The notes below the pieces were generated by a model that was not told the origin of the DNA, made no database searches, and worked only from the letters and a program-made list of their open reading frames with translations. A DNA stretch of 64,000 nucleotides from the sequence record MT135025.1; one strand, 5' to 3'. Below, piece by piece: positions 18,159 through 26,506 of the stretch (its first letter is position 1; the number at the start of each line of letters is the position of its first letter). The translations under genes and the position numbers were made by a program.

Positions 18159-19007
18159 ATGTCAAATTCAGTATTCGGTAAAGTAACACTAGGCGCAGAC
18201 CCAGAAATCTTCTTAGTAAAACCTGATGGTACTCCTTGGGGTGCATTAACTACTGGCTGTAAAGGTACTAAAGAAGTGCCTGAGCCTACAGAGTACGGTG
18301 CATTACAAGTAGATGGTCTAGCTCTTGAATACAACATTCATCCAGTTGACAAATTAGAAGATTGGCTTGACCTGCACACAGCAGCTTTAACACATATTGC
18401 TGACACAGCAGATAAAGCTGGTCTTGAAATTGACTCAAGCTCTCGTTTGGACTTTACCTCATACATTGATGGTAACGGTGCCACTGAAGATGAGTTACTA
18501 TTCGGTTGTGACCCTGACTTTAACGCAGACACAATGGAAGAAAACACCATGCCAGATAACGATGGTTCTATCAAGTTCCGTACTACTGGCGGTCATGTTC
18601 ACATCGGTCTAGCAAACTGGGGTGAGTTGCACGGTGGTGATGATAAGATTGCACACATGATGGCATCTAAAATCATCTTTGTATGTGACGCAATCCTTGG
18701 TCTACGTTCTGTCCTAACAGATGATGGTGTAGCTCGTAAAGAATTGTATGGTAAAGCTGGTGCTTACCGTGTTAAACCTTACGGTGTTGAATACCGTACA
18801 CTATCAAACTTCTGGCTATTTGATGAAGAAGAAATGAAGTTCATCTTTGATGCACTAAACAATATCTTTGCATCTGATGCTGAGTTTGAACGTGTGTCAG
18901 AGTTTGCAACACTAAACCGTGCTGACATTGTTAAAGCAATCAACACGAACGACAAAGAGCTTGCTATCAAGCTACTAGCTGGTGACGCCCCATTAACTGA
19001 TAAATAA
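18159..19007 (+). CDS. phiEco32-like COOH-NH2 ligase type 2
   Basis: LGADPEIFL, DG.ALEYNI, GCDPDFN, RTTGGHVHIG, YGKAGAYRVKPYGVEYRTLSNFW. Confidence 0.92.
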   Translation: MSNSVFGKVTLGADPEIFLVKPDGTPWGALTTGCKGTKEVPEPTEYGALQVDGLALEYNIHPVDKLEDWLDLHTAALTHIADTADKAGLEIDSSSRLDFTSYIDGNGATEDELLFGCDPDFNADTMEENTMPDNDGSIKFRTTGGHVHIGLANWGELHGGDDKIAHMMASKIIFVCDAILGLRSVLTDDGVARKELYGKAGAYRVKPYGVEYRTLSNFWLFDEEEMKFIFDALNNIFASDAEFERVSEFATLNRADIVKAINTNDKELAIKLLAGDAPLTDK

Positions 19008-19018
19008 AGGAGTACCAA

Positions 19019-19615
19019 ATGAAGAACTTCCATGATAATGCACACGCTAATAACCGACTATCCCGTTGCTTTGTGTGCATTAAGATTAATGGCAAGTGGG
19101 TAACTAAACGTATTGCAGAAGCAACTAAGCAAAATATCATCTGCCGTGATGGTGAGGTTTACCCACTACATAGTGATGATGTTAAGATTACGTTTGATAA
19201 CTTAGGTTATGTTAACACTCAACATCAAGCTATCTTCGTAAGCCGTACTCCTAAGCGTATGTGGAAAGCTGGTCTGGTTCCTGAGAACATTCAGGCAGAA
19301 CACATTCACCCACAGCATCTACGCCACGGCGACATGGTTGAGTTTGACAAGTGTCTAGACAAGTTGATGAACAATGTATATCCATCTTACCGCATGGCTT
19401 ACCTGCGAGTTAAGAACGGCAAGTGTGCAGCATCAGCTTTCCATCGTAACTTCGCTGTATCCTTGAGCGACTTTACAGAACATTTGGTTCTTTACTATAA
19501 GAACTACGAAATCGGATTCATTGATAATGATTCTGAACAAATTGTGGTGGGTGATTCTTACACCCATCTACGTGAACAAATCTTTGAAGCAACAGGTATG
19601 GAGTGTATCTCATGA
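19019..19615 (+). CDS. conserved hypothetical protein of amidoligase cluster
   Basis: AGGAG RBS; lies between the two ligase genes. Confidence 0.75.
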   Translation: MKNFHDNAHANNRLSRCFVCIKINGKWVTKRIAEATKQNIICRDGEVYPLHSDDVKITFDNLGYVNTQHQAIFVSRTPKRMWKAGLVPENIQAEHIHPQHLRHGDMVEFDKCLDKLMNNVYPSYRMAYLRVKNGKCAASAFHRNFAVSLSDFTEHLVLYYKNYEIGFIDNDSEQIVVGDSYTHLREQIFEATGMECIS

Positions 19616-20457
19616 AGAAAATCGCAGACATCTTTAAACTAAAACGTCCTCGCAATGATGACTCTTTTGGTGTAGAGCTGGAACTTGAGTATAACAACCG
19701 TCCTGCTGCCTCAGATGAGTGGAAAATGGAGCATGATGGCTCTCTGCGTGTCGCTGGTATCGAATACGTAATGAGAGAGCCTATGAGCCTAGCTGATAGT
19801 AAAGTAGCTTTACAGAACCTCTCAGACAAGTTCAAAGCTGTTAAGAACAACCCAAAAGCTACCAACTTGGCATCATCTCATATCCACATCAACGTCTCTC
19901 ACATGACGTTACAAGAGTTTATCCAGTTCGTTAGTCTTGTACTGCTATTCGAACCACACATCGGTAAGCATGGTGGTCAAGACCGTTGGATGAACTACTT
20001 TGCAGTGAGTTCACAAGAGAGTGGCATCCTAATTCGTGAGTTGTTAAAAGTGCGTACCGAAGAACAGTTCGCTAAATTCATCTTACGAGTAAATCAGCGT
20101 GACTGGCGCTACAACGGGATTAACTTTGCATCTGTGGCAAAGTATGGCTCGCTTGAAATTCGCTACTTAGGGGCTATGCCAGAGCCTCTGGATGTTATTC
20201 CTTGGCTTGAGTTCTACGATACACTTCGTGAAGCTGCAATGAATGACATTCAATGGGGTATGGTATTTGAAACAGTATCAGCAGGTGAGACATTCTTACT
20301 TGAGGGTACATTCAAAACTCCATTCCCTCTAAATCAAGATGACCTACTACTTGGTGCTCGTATGGCACAAGATTTGGTCTACCCAGTATACCATGATGCA
20401 AAAGGCGCTCCTTTCGCAGAAACATGGAAACTTACTAACTACTACGCAAACGTATAA
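19603..20457 (+). CDS. putative amidoligase (Amidoligase_2, COOH-NH2 ligase fold)
   Basis: FGVELELE, HDGSL, E.V, S.HIHIN, RY..INF, LEIR. Confidence 0.88.
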   Translation: MYLMKKIADIFKLKRPRNDDSFGVELELEYNNRPAASDEWKMEHDGSLRVAGIEYVMREPMSLADSKVALQNLSDKFKAVKNNPKATNLASSHIHINVSHMTLQEFIQFVSLVLLFEPHIGKHGGQDRWMNYFAVSSQESGILIRELLKVRTEEQFAKFILRVNQRDWRYNGINFASVAKYGSLEIRYLGAMPEPLDVIPWLEFYDTLREAAMNDIQWGMVFETVSAGETFLLEGTFKTPFPLNQDDLLLGARMAQDLVYPVYHDAKGAPFAETWKLTNYYANV

Positions 20458-20470
20458 AGGAAATTTAAAC

Positions 20471-21598
20471 ATGGCTATTAAACTACACGCTTACAAAAAC
20501 GGTTCTGAATCTGCTAAGGCACTTCGTGATGCACTAGGTATTAAGATGTTATTACCTGCCGGTAAAGGTAAATGGAAAGGTAAAGCTGGTGACAAACTAA
20601 TCAACTGGGGTTGTTCTACACCACATCCAAACAAAGGTCTAGCTACCTACGTTAACACACCAGAAGCAGTACGAAGTGCAGCTAACAAGCTGATTACACA
20701 GCAACGTTTTGATGCAACTCCTGCAATGGCTAATCATACATTGCCTTGGACAACAGAACGTGTTACGGCACACCAGTGGATTGAGAACGGCGATACAGTA
20801 GTATGTCGTCAGAAACTGACTGGTAACTCTGGCGAGGGTATTGTAATCGCTGAGAAAGTGGAAGACCTTGTTGATGCTCCTCTGTACACTTTGTACAAGA
20901 AGAAGAAAGATGAGTTCCGTGTTCACGTCTTTGATGGTGAAATCATTGATGTTCAGCGTAAGGCTCGTAAACATGAAGTAGAAGATGACAAAGTTAACTG
21001 GAAAGTGCGTAACTTGGACGGCGGTTTCATCTTCGCTCGAAACAATGTTATCGCTCCTGTTGTTGTCCGTCAGGCTGCTGTTGAAGCTGTTAAAGCTTTG
21101 GGTCTGGTTCATGGCGCTGTTGACATTGGTCATGGTCGTCATGGGACTTACGTTTACGAAGTTAATACCGCTTGCGGTCTCGCTGGGTCAACCTTGGTTA
21201 CTTATGCTAAGGCATTTGCTAAGTACCTAGGCATGGACGAAGATAAACTAAAACTAACTAAGGAGCAGTTAGACAATTACGTACCGATGAATGAAGGCAA
21301 TAAGCTTATAGCACTTGCTCAACCTGAGATTGAACCACTCCCACAAGAGGCTCAGGTTGGTGCCGGCATTGATGTTGGTCGTCCAATAGCTCAAGTTGAA
21401 CAAGAAATAGCAGCAGCTATTGAAGCACAAGAGGAAGAAGCGGAAGAAGAAAAACCTCTACATGTACAAGAGTTCGGCAAAAACAAACTCCAAGTTACTA
21501 TCAACTTAAGACAAAAAGATGTACGCATTCTTTTTGGTAATGCTGAATTAACTATTACTCGTGACAACTTCGCAAAAGTTGTACAGGCACTGAAATAA
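20471..21598 (+). CDS. ATP-grasp ligase with acidic C-terminal extension
   Basis: INWG, NKL, G.SGEGI, EFRVHV, NL.GGF, GAVDI, YEVNTACGL; start MAIKLH after an AGGA RBS. Confidence 0.88.
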   Translation: MAIKLHAYKNGSESAKALRDALGIKMLLPAGKGKWKGKAGDKLINWGCSTPHPNKGLATYVNTPEAVRSAANKLITQQRFDATPAMANHTLPWTTERVTAHQWIENGDTVVCRQKLTGNSGEGIVIAEKVEDLVDAPLYTLYKKKKDEFRVHVFDGEIIDVQRKARKHEVEDDKVNWKVRNLDGGFIFARNNVIAPVVVRQAAVEAVKALGLVHGAVDIGHGRHGTYVYEVNTACGLAGSTLVTYAKAFAKYLGMDEDKLKLTKEQLDNYVPMNEGNKLIALAQPEIEPLPQEAQVGAGIDVGRPIAQVEQEIAAAIEAQEEEAEEEKPLHVQEFGKNKLQVTINLRQKDVRILFGNAELTITRDNFAKVVQALK

Positions 21599-21601
21599 TA
21601 C

Positions 21602-21631
21602 TTGACAGTGACGCAAATAAGGTGGTAGACT
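21602..21631 (+). promoter_or_regulatory. sigma70 promoter
   Basis: TTGACA-N18-TAGACT with TG extension. Confidence 0.55.
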
Positions 21632-22119
21632 TGTTAGACGATAAAGAAAAAGTTCTGATTCCTAATGAGCTTCTTCCGCCTAAGTATCAAAATAAAGGTT
21701 ATCGGATGAGTTCTGATGGCTCTGTGTACGGGGTGTATGGTAAGAAGCTACGCCCCAATGATTACTCGCCAAATGGTTTTAACCATCCGATGCTTTTCAA
21801 CCGTAACTTATGGTACATTCGAGCAGCCATGTTCGTCCCTAACCCTAATAACTACAAAAGGGTTGTCGAGATTGACAACGAAGTTCACTGGCTGAGTGAA
21901 AAGAAATACCGAGAAATGGTTGCTAAATACTTAGGTCGTGAAGTAGTGGAGCGAAAGCCCTTGAATGATTGGGGTGGGGTATTGATAGAAATGCTTGAAA
22001 AGGGAACACGCATAGCTGATGTAGCTAAGGCTCTTGGCTATTCCCGTGCAGCAATCTACAAATACCTAGAGAAGAATAACTATGAATACAAAAACCGTAG
22101 ACTTAAAAAACGAAAGTGA
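21622..22119 (+). CDS. putative DNA-binding protein (degenerate NUMOD4/HNH-like N-terminus plus C-terminal HTH); start uncertain
   Basis: Y.MSSDG.V..., MFVPNPNNY; RIADVAKALGYSRAAIYKYL HTH. Confidence 0.55.
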   Translation: MVDLLDDKEKVLIPNELLPPKYQNKGYRMSSDGSVYGVYGKKLRPNDYSPNGFNHPMLFNRNLWYIRAAMFVPNPNNYKRVVEIDNEVHWLSEKKYREMVAKYLGREVVERKPLNDWGGVLIEMLEKGTRIADVAKALGYSRAAIYKYLEKNNYEYKNRRLKKRK

Positions 22120-22363
22120 ATACGTTCCATCAGTACGTGGTAATCCTGCTGACGCATTGAATACATACATCGTCACAATTTACGACACCAAAACTGGTAA
22201 ATATCACGAGGGGCTACGAACTCATCATTACAGTGGTGAAGCCTGTGCTTTCTGGGTAATGCAAAACCTTTCAGACGGATACGAATTTGTATCTGCTTAC
22301 AACCCAGACAATAATGTAACAATCACTAAAAAAGACATCCTAAAACAAGAAGAGGAAAAATAA
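22082..22363 (+). CDS. hypothetical protein
   Basis: 93 aa ORF. Confidence 0.6.
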   Translation: MNTKTVDLKNESEYVPSVRGNPADALNTYIVTIYDTKTGKYHEGLRTHHYSGEACAFWVMQNLSDGYEFVSAYNPDNNVTITKKDILKQEEEK

Positions 22364-22365
22364 TT

Positions 22366-22605
22366 ATGAAAAAAGTAATCATGTACGCATCAAACTTCTC
22401 ACGCTACGGCAAACTTCAAGCAGTTAAATCTACTCTAGCTCACCTATCTCGTGAAGCAGGTTTCATCTTCGCTTTCGTAAATGACCCAGAGCGTGGCAAC
22501 ACAGCTAAAATCAAATTCGGCAAGAAGCAAGTCTTTGTTCGAGACTTCAACCCTGCCCAACTAAACAAACACCTAGAAGAAATGCAAGACATCCACGCTG
22601 TATAA
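22366..22605 (+). CDS. hypothetical protein
   Basis: GAGG RBS. Confidence 0.65.
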   Translation: MKKVIMYASNFSRYGKLQAVKSTLAHLSREAGFIFAFVNDPERGNTAKIKFGKKQVFVRDFNPAQLNKHLEEMQDIHAV

Positions 22606-22615
22606 GGAGAAATTA

Positions 22616-23062
22616 ATGTCATTAAACCAAATGTTCGATGAGTTTAACTCACTATACCGTGTGAAAGGCACAGACATCAACAAAGAATCAGCCAAGGGTT
22701 TCGTTACCCTTGTGTGTGATGAAGTAGTAGAGTTCGCTGAGGAGTTCGATAAAGAAACTCTTGATAAAGCTGCTGCTGCTAAAGAGGGTCTTGATGCCAT
22801 CTATGCAGGTATGCAACAACTACGAACTATGGGTATTGACTTGGAAGCAGGGCTTAAGGCTCTGCATTCCTCTAACATGTCAAAGACTGTTAAACGAGTT
22901 GATGCTGAGAAAGAACTTGAAATCGCTCGTGAACGTTACCCAGAAGCCTATATCGACGAGGCTCAAGCCTACTGTGTTATTCGTGATGCAGCTACAGGCA
23001 AAGTAATTAAACCAACAACTTACACTCCAGCAATCGTAAACGAGGACATCTACAATGCGTAA
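22616..23062 (+). CDS. all-alpha NTP pyrophosphohydrolase (MazG/PRA-PH-like)
   Basis: DEVVEF..E, KEGLDAIY, LHSSNMSK, GKVIKP..Y. Confidence 0.8.
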   Translation: MSLNQMFDEFNSLYRVKGTDINKESAKGFVTLVCDEVVEFAEEFDKETLDKAAAAKEGLDAIYAGMQQLRTMGIDLEAGLKALHSSNMSKTVKRVDAEKELEIARERYPEAYIDEAQAYCVIRDAATGKVIKPTTYTPAIVNEDIYNA

Positions 23063-23414
23063 ACTAACAAAAGCTCACTTTAACTACTTAGCACGCCACA
23101 TCAACCTACGTTTTCTTAATTATGAGAAAGCATTTCTAGAAGATGTTGATAACAAAATTAAAGGCGTTCCTAACTTCTCTTGGATTATGAAAGTTCAAGG
23201 TACTTTTAATCCACACCAGACTCCAGAAGTTGATAAAGCAATCCGTGCTATTCTTAATAAGCTGTATGAAGAAGTTAAATTCAAGAAGTACGAACACTTC
23301 AATCATTCATTCAACTGCTTTATGAAGCGTCTGTGTGTTGAACTTAAGAAACAAAACCCTAAGTTCGTTGAGTCTAAATTCCGTGAAGCATGTACAAAAG
23401 GGAGCATCCAGTAA
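23055..23414 (+). CDS. hypothetical protein
   Basis: 119 aa, AGGA RBS. Confidence 0.7.
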   Translation: MRKLTKAHFNYLARHINLRFLNYEKAFLEDVDNKIKGVPNFSWIMKVQGTFNPHQTPEVDKAIRAILNKLYEEVKFKKYEHFNHSFNCFMKRLCVELKKQNPKFVESKFREACTKGSIQ

Positions 23415-23415
23415 T

Positions 23416-23724
23416 ATGACAGCATTGAAAGAACAAGTGGGAGGCGACCACTACAAACGCCTACAATACCAACCGCACACATTTGCAATGGACTTATATG
23501 CATCTGGTGGTGTGTATTCGAAGTACGATGACACAATCGAGCAACTTGAGTACTTCAGAGATTGTATTGCCAACGCAACTGTACGTGAAGTCACAGAAGA
23601 CGACTCTCAAACCGATCAGTTCTACGCTCGTGGACTCGTGTATTACTTACTGAAATCTAAAGCAAATAAAGAGATTAAGATAAATCTAAAGCAGATAAGG
23701 AATAAGTATGAGATTAACCTATAG
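23416..23724 (+). CDS. DUF3310/SaV-like N-terminal motif protein
   Basis: ALKEQVGGDHYK motif. Confidence 0.5.
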   Translation: MTALKEQVGGDHYKRLQYQPHTFAMDLYASGGVYSKYDDTIEQLEYFRDCIANATVREVTEDDSQTDQFYARGLVYYLLKSKANKEIKINLKQIRNKYEINL

Positions 23725-23995
23725 TAAGACTATACTACTATATACTATAGTTCCAGTTCTATTTCTTACCAGTTGCACTACTACAGTTCCACCAGTTCCT
23801 ATTGAATCAGTTACAAATACAATGGATGATGTTAAGAATGCTGTTACCAGTTCAGGTAGTACAGTTATTAATAACAGCTTAGAGTGGTGGCAGTGGGTGA
23901 TTATTGGTATGTTCATTCCATCCCCGTTAGACTACCTTTCTTCATTATTTAGTGGGTTTGGTGGCTTTATTTTGAAATTATTTGGAAGAAAATGA
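23708..23995 (+). CDS. predicted lipoprotein / membrane protein (spanin-like candidate)
   Basis: Lipobox-like LFLTSC, then a C-terminal hydrophobic segment. Confidence 0.55.
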   Translation: MRLTYSKTILLYTIVPVLFLTSCTTTVPPVPIESVTNTMDDVKNAVTSSGSTVINNSLEWWQWVIIGMFIPSPLDYLSSLFSGFGGFILKLFGRK

Positions 23996-24015
23996 TAAAT
24001 TTCATAGTTTTATAC

Positions 24016-24044
24016 TTGACAGTGACGGAATATTAGTGTATAAT
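24016..24044 (+). promoter_or_regulatory. consensus sigma70 promoter for the tRNA cluster
   Basis: Perfect TTGACA-N17-TATAAT. Confidence 0.85.
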
Positions 24045-24149
24045 ATAGGACATGTTTCAACAATTACTGTACATCTATACAGTAGTTAGGAGGACACTAG
24101 CGTTGACAAACGATAGTCATCGTTGGAAAAGGAATAATAAGGAAAATAT

Positions 24150-24226
24150 CTGTGTGTAGCTCAGTCTGGTAGAGTGTTAGCTTTGGAAGCTTAGGGTCGT
24201 AGGTTCAAATCCTGCCACACAGACCA
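24150..24226 (+). tRNA. tRNA-Pro(TGG)
   Basis: Acceptor CTGTGTG/CACACAG, loop TT-TGG-AA, GGTTCAAATCC, encoded CCA. Confidence 0.9.
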
Positions 24227-24234
24227 AATTAAAT

Positions 24235-24309
24235 ACTTCTGTGGTAGAGAGGCTCTTACATTCGGCTGATAACCGAAAGACGTTGGTTCGAATCCAACCA
24301 GAAGTACCA
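24235..24309 (+). tRNA. tRNA-Ile(GAT)
   Basis: ACTTCTG/CAGAAGT, TTCGG-CT-GAT-AA-CCGAA, GGTTCGAATCC, CCA. Confidence 0.88.
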
Positions 24310-24315
24310 AATTAA

Positions 24316-24415
24316 AGGAAGGATAAGCCGAAAGATTCTGGGTAGCGGCAGCGGTCTTGAAAACCGAAGGTTACAGTGATGTGACGTCAGGGTTCGAATC
24401 CCTGTTCTTCCGCCA
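24316..24415 (+). tRNA. tRNA-Ser(TGA)
   Basis: CGGT-CT-TGA-AA-ACCG, long variable arm, GGTTCGAATCC, GCCA. Confidence 0.85.
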
Positions 24416-24420
24416 GTTTT

Positions 24421-24507
24421 AGAGGGTTGACAGAGTGGTTTAATGTATCGCACTGCTAATGCGACGTCCGAAAGGATGCATGGGTTCGAATCCCATACCC
24501 TCGGCCA
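24421..24507 (+). tRNA. tRNA-Ser(GCT)
   Basis: TCGCA-CT-GCT-AA-TGCGA, variable arm GTCCGAAAGGAT, GGTTCGAATCC, GCCA. Confidence 0.88.
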
Positions 24508-24644
24508 AATATAGGAGAGCAATATGTACAACAAAAGCAAATTAGTACAAGAATACGTACTTTACTTAGAACAACGAGTAGAGTTTTTAGAACGTGAAAA
24601 CGAAGAACTTAAAGGCTCTGCTAAAGACATGGAGACAGCAATTA

Positions 24645-25061
24645 ATGAGCAACGTAACCGAAATTAAACGTGGTATCGGTGAGAAGGAACGCTTAGAAAA
24701 GTTCGCAGAAGCTTATGCAGACAACGGTGGTGACCATATTCAAGCCTACATTGCTGCTGGTTTTAGTGAGAAAACTGCTGCTCAGAACGCTAAAAAGTAT
24801 TTAGACAAAAACAACGACCATGTGATGGCGGTGGTTAAGCGTAGAATGGGGCAGACTTCAGCGTTAGCACAGAAACTACTTCTTACCGCAGCTACAGATG
24901 AGTCTGTTCCTTGGAATACACGTCTTAAAGCCCTTGAGATGATTCTTAAGAACTCAGGTATTCAGAAAGATACACTGGTTATTGAGGATACTAAGGCTGA
25001 TGAGATGACACCAGAGGAACGACAAAAAGAGATTCAAGAATTGATGGCGAGGTACAACTAA
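24645..25061 (+). CDS. terS: terminase small subunit
   Basis: KFAEAY..NG....AYIAAGFSEKTA..NA HTH pattern; upstream of terL. Confidence 0.8.
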   Translation: MSNVTEIKRGIGEKERLEKFAEAYADNGGDHIQAYIAAGFSEKTAAQNAKKYLDKNNDHVMAVVKRRMGQTSALAQKLLLTAATDESVPWNTRLKALEMILKNSGIQKDTLVIEDTKADEMTPEERQKEIQELMARYN

Positions 25062-25825
25062 TGGCAGATGGCTTACTTACTGATATTTATAACCGTCAGG
25101 CTCTAATCCCAGAGGTTACTTTACAAGAGGTAAGCCTACCAAAAGTTAACTTACCAAATGTTACATTACGCCTTTCTGAGTTTGACCCTTTAGAAAATGC
25201 TAAAGCTAATCAGAAGCAGAGAGGCATTGAACAAGTAGAACAGGCTGCTGAAACTCAACAGTTTGACCCAACAGAAGTAGTATTTAACCATCTAGCCGTA
25301 TTAGAGGGTAGTGGTGATAATGTTACAGATATTCCAACTGGTAATCTTGGTGTTACTTCGGTAGCTCGCCAAGCAGTTAATGCACCAGATGATATGCCTG
25401 ATGAAGAGGTAGCACGGGAGTACCTAGCACTGCTTAATCGTCAGTGGGGTATGCGTAAGGGCTTCAACGAAGCACCACCTGAACTTCAGGCAATGTTGAT
25501 TGATGCATCATATAATATGGGTGAACAGGTACTTAATAATAGTTACTTTCCTAAGCTAAACAAAGCTCTTATGGAAGGCAATTATGACGAAGTATCTAAA
25601 CAACTGTTAGATACAGCAAATGTTGGTGGACAGTCTGTTAAGGGATTGGCTAAACGAAGAGCATTATCTTATAACTTAGCAAATCCAGACAACCCTATCT
25701 CTGAGGTAGAACAGCTAAAAGATGGAACAATTATCTACCGAGATATGAAGGGTGGCGAATTATTAAGCTACAGACCTGACGGTGGTAAACACGAAGCGTC
25801 TGAGGCAGGGAGATTACCTTTATGA
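25061..25825 (+). CDS. lysozyme-like muramidase with N-terminal extension
   Basis: LIDASYNMG..FPKLNKAL..G.Y.E...QLLD...GL.KRR (phage lysozyme C-lobe pattern). Confidence 0.65.
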   Translation: MADGLLTDIYNRQALIPEVTLQEVSLPKVNLPNVTLRLSEFDPLENAKANQKQRGIEQVEQAAETQQFDPTEVVFNHLAVLEGSGDNVTDIPTGNLGVTSVARQAVNAPDDMPDEEVAREYLALLNRQWGMRKGFNEAPPELQAMLIDASYNMGEQVLNNSYFPKLNKALMEGNYDEVSKQLLDTANVGGQSVKGLAKRRALSYNLANPDNPISEVEQLKDGTIIYRDMKGGELLSYRPDGGKHEASEAGRLPL

Positions 25826-26028
25826 GAAAATCAAGAGACTTCTTATGCGATAACTGTGGGTTCTCCACAATCAAAATTGTAGAAGATGACGTTCATACAC
25901 GACCATGTGACGAGTGTGCATTCCCGATGAAGCGAGTATTATCCGCTCCGGCAATTGGCTCTACTGACAACATGGGTTCATGGAGAACAAATGGTACAGC
26001 GAGTAAGACCCCAGCGATTGGGAAATAA
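25822..26028 (+). CDS. FmdB-like zinc-ribbon protein
   Basis: DFLCDNCG...CDEC..MKRVLSAP. Confidence 0.7.
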   Translation: MRKSRDFLCDNCGFSTIKIVEDDVHTRPCDECAFPMKRVLSAPAIGSTDNMGSWRTNGTASKTPAIGK

Positions 26029-26124
26029 TCAGAATTACGTACAGCGTAATAAGAAACGGGCGTTTTGGATGTCAGCTCCTATGACACATCAGAACCAGAA
26101 ACAAGATAAAGGAGCAGATACATA

Positions 26125-26487
26125 ATGGGTTTTAGCTTAAATAGAGTACAGGGTGTTGTCACTAAAGGTGGTAACATCGGTGATGGTGAGTATGCTCGTA
26201 TTTGGGCTTCACCAAATCGTAACTTCTTACAGGTAACTAACGATAACGTAGGTGACTTACTTGTCTTTATTGGTTACCTACCAGAAGATATTCCTGCTCA
26301 GCGTGCATTAGGCAATTACTTCATCCTACAGGGTATGGAGCAAGGTAATGAGAAACAGGGGGGAGCCATTTGGAATCCTAGTCCTGTAATCACAGACGAC
26401 ATCATCTTAGTTCCCGAAACGCCTGCTGTTAACTTTAAAGTATCGGTTGCTTCGGATAGCAAGGTTTCATTGGAAACTTTTGCTTAA
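26125..26487 (+). CDS. hypothetical (possibly virion) protein
   Basis: AGGAG RBS, 120 aa. Confidence 0.7.
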   Translation: MGFSLNRVQGVVTKGGNIGDGEYARIWASPNRNFLQVTNDNVGDLLVFIGYLPEDIPAQRALGNYFILQGMEQGNEKQGGAIWNPSPVITDDIILVPETPAVNFKVSVASDSKVSLETFA

Positions 26488-26506
26488 TTAAAACTTGGGA
26501 GAGTAT

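Noticed and set aside
26029-26110. Small hairpins upstream of 26125 as an ncRNA
   Set aside because: Only short stems (ATTACG/CGTAAT, TGTCA/TGACA), no promoter or recognisable family; insufficient support
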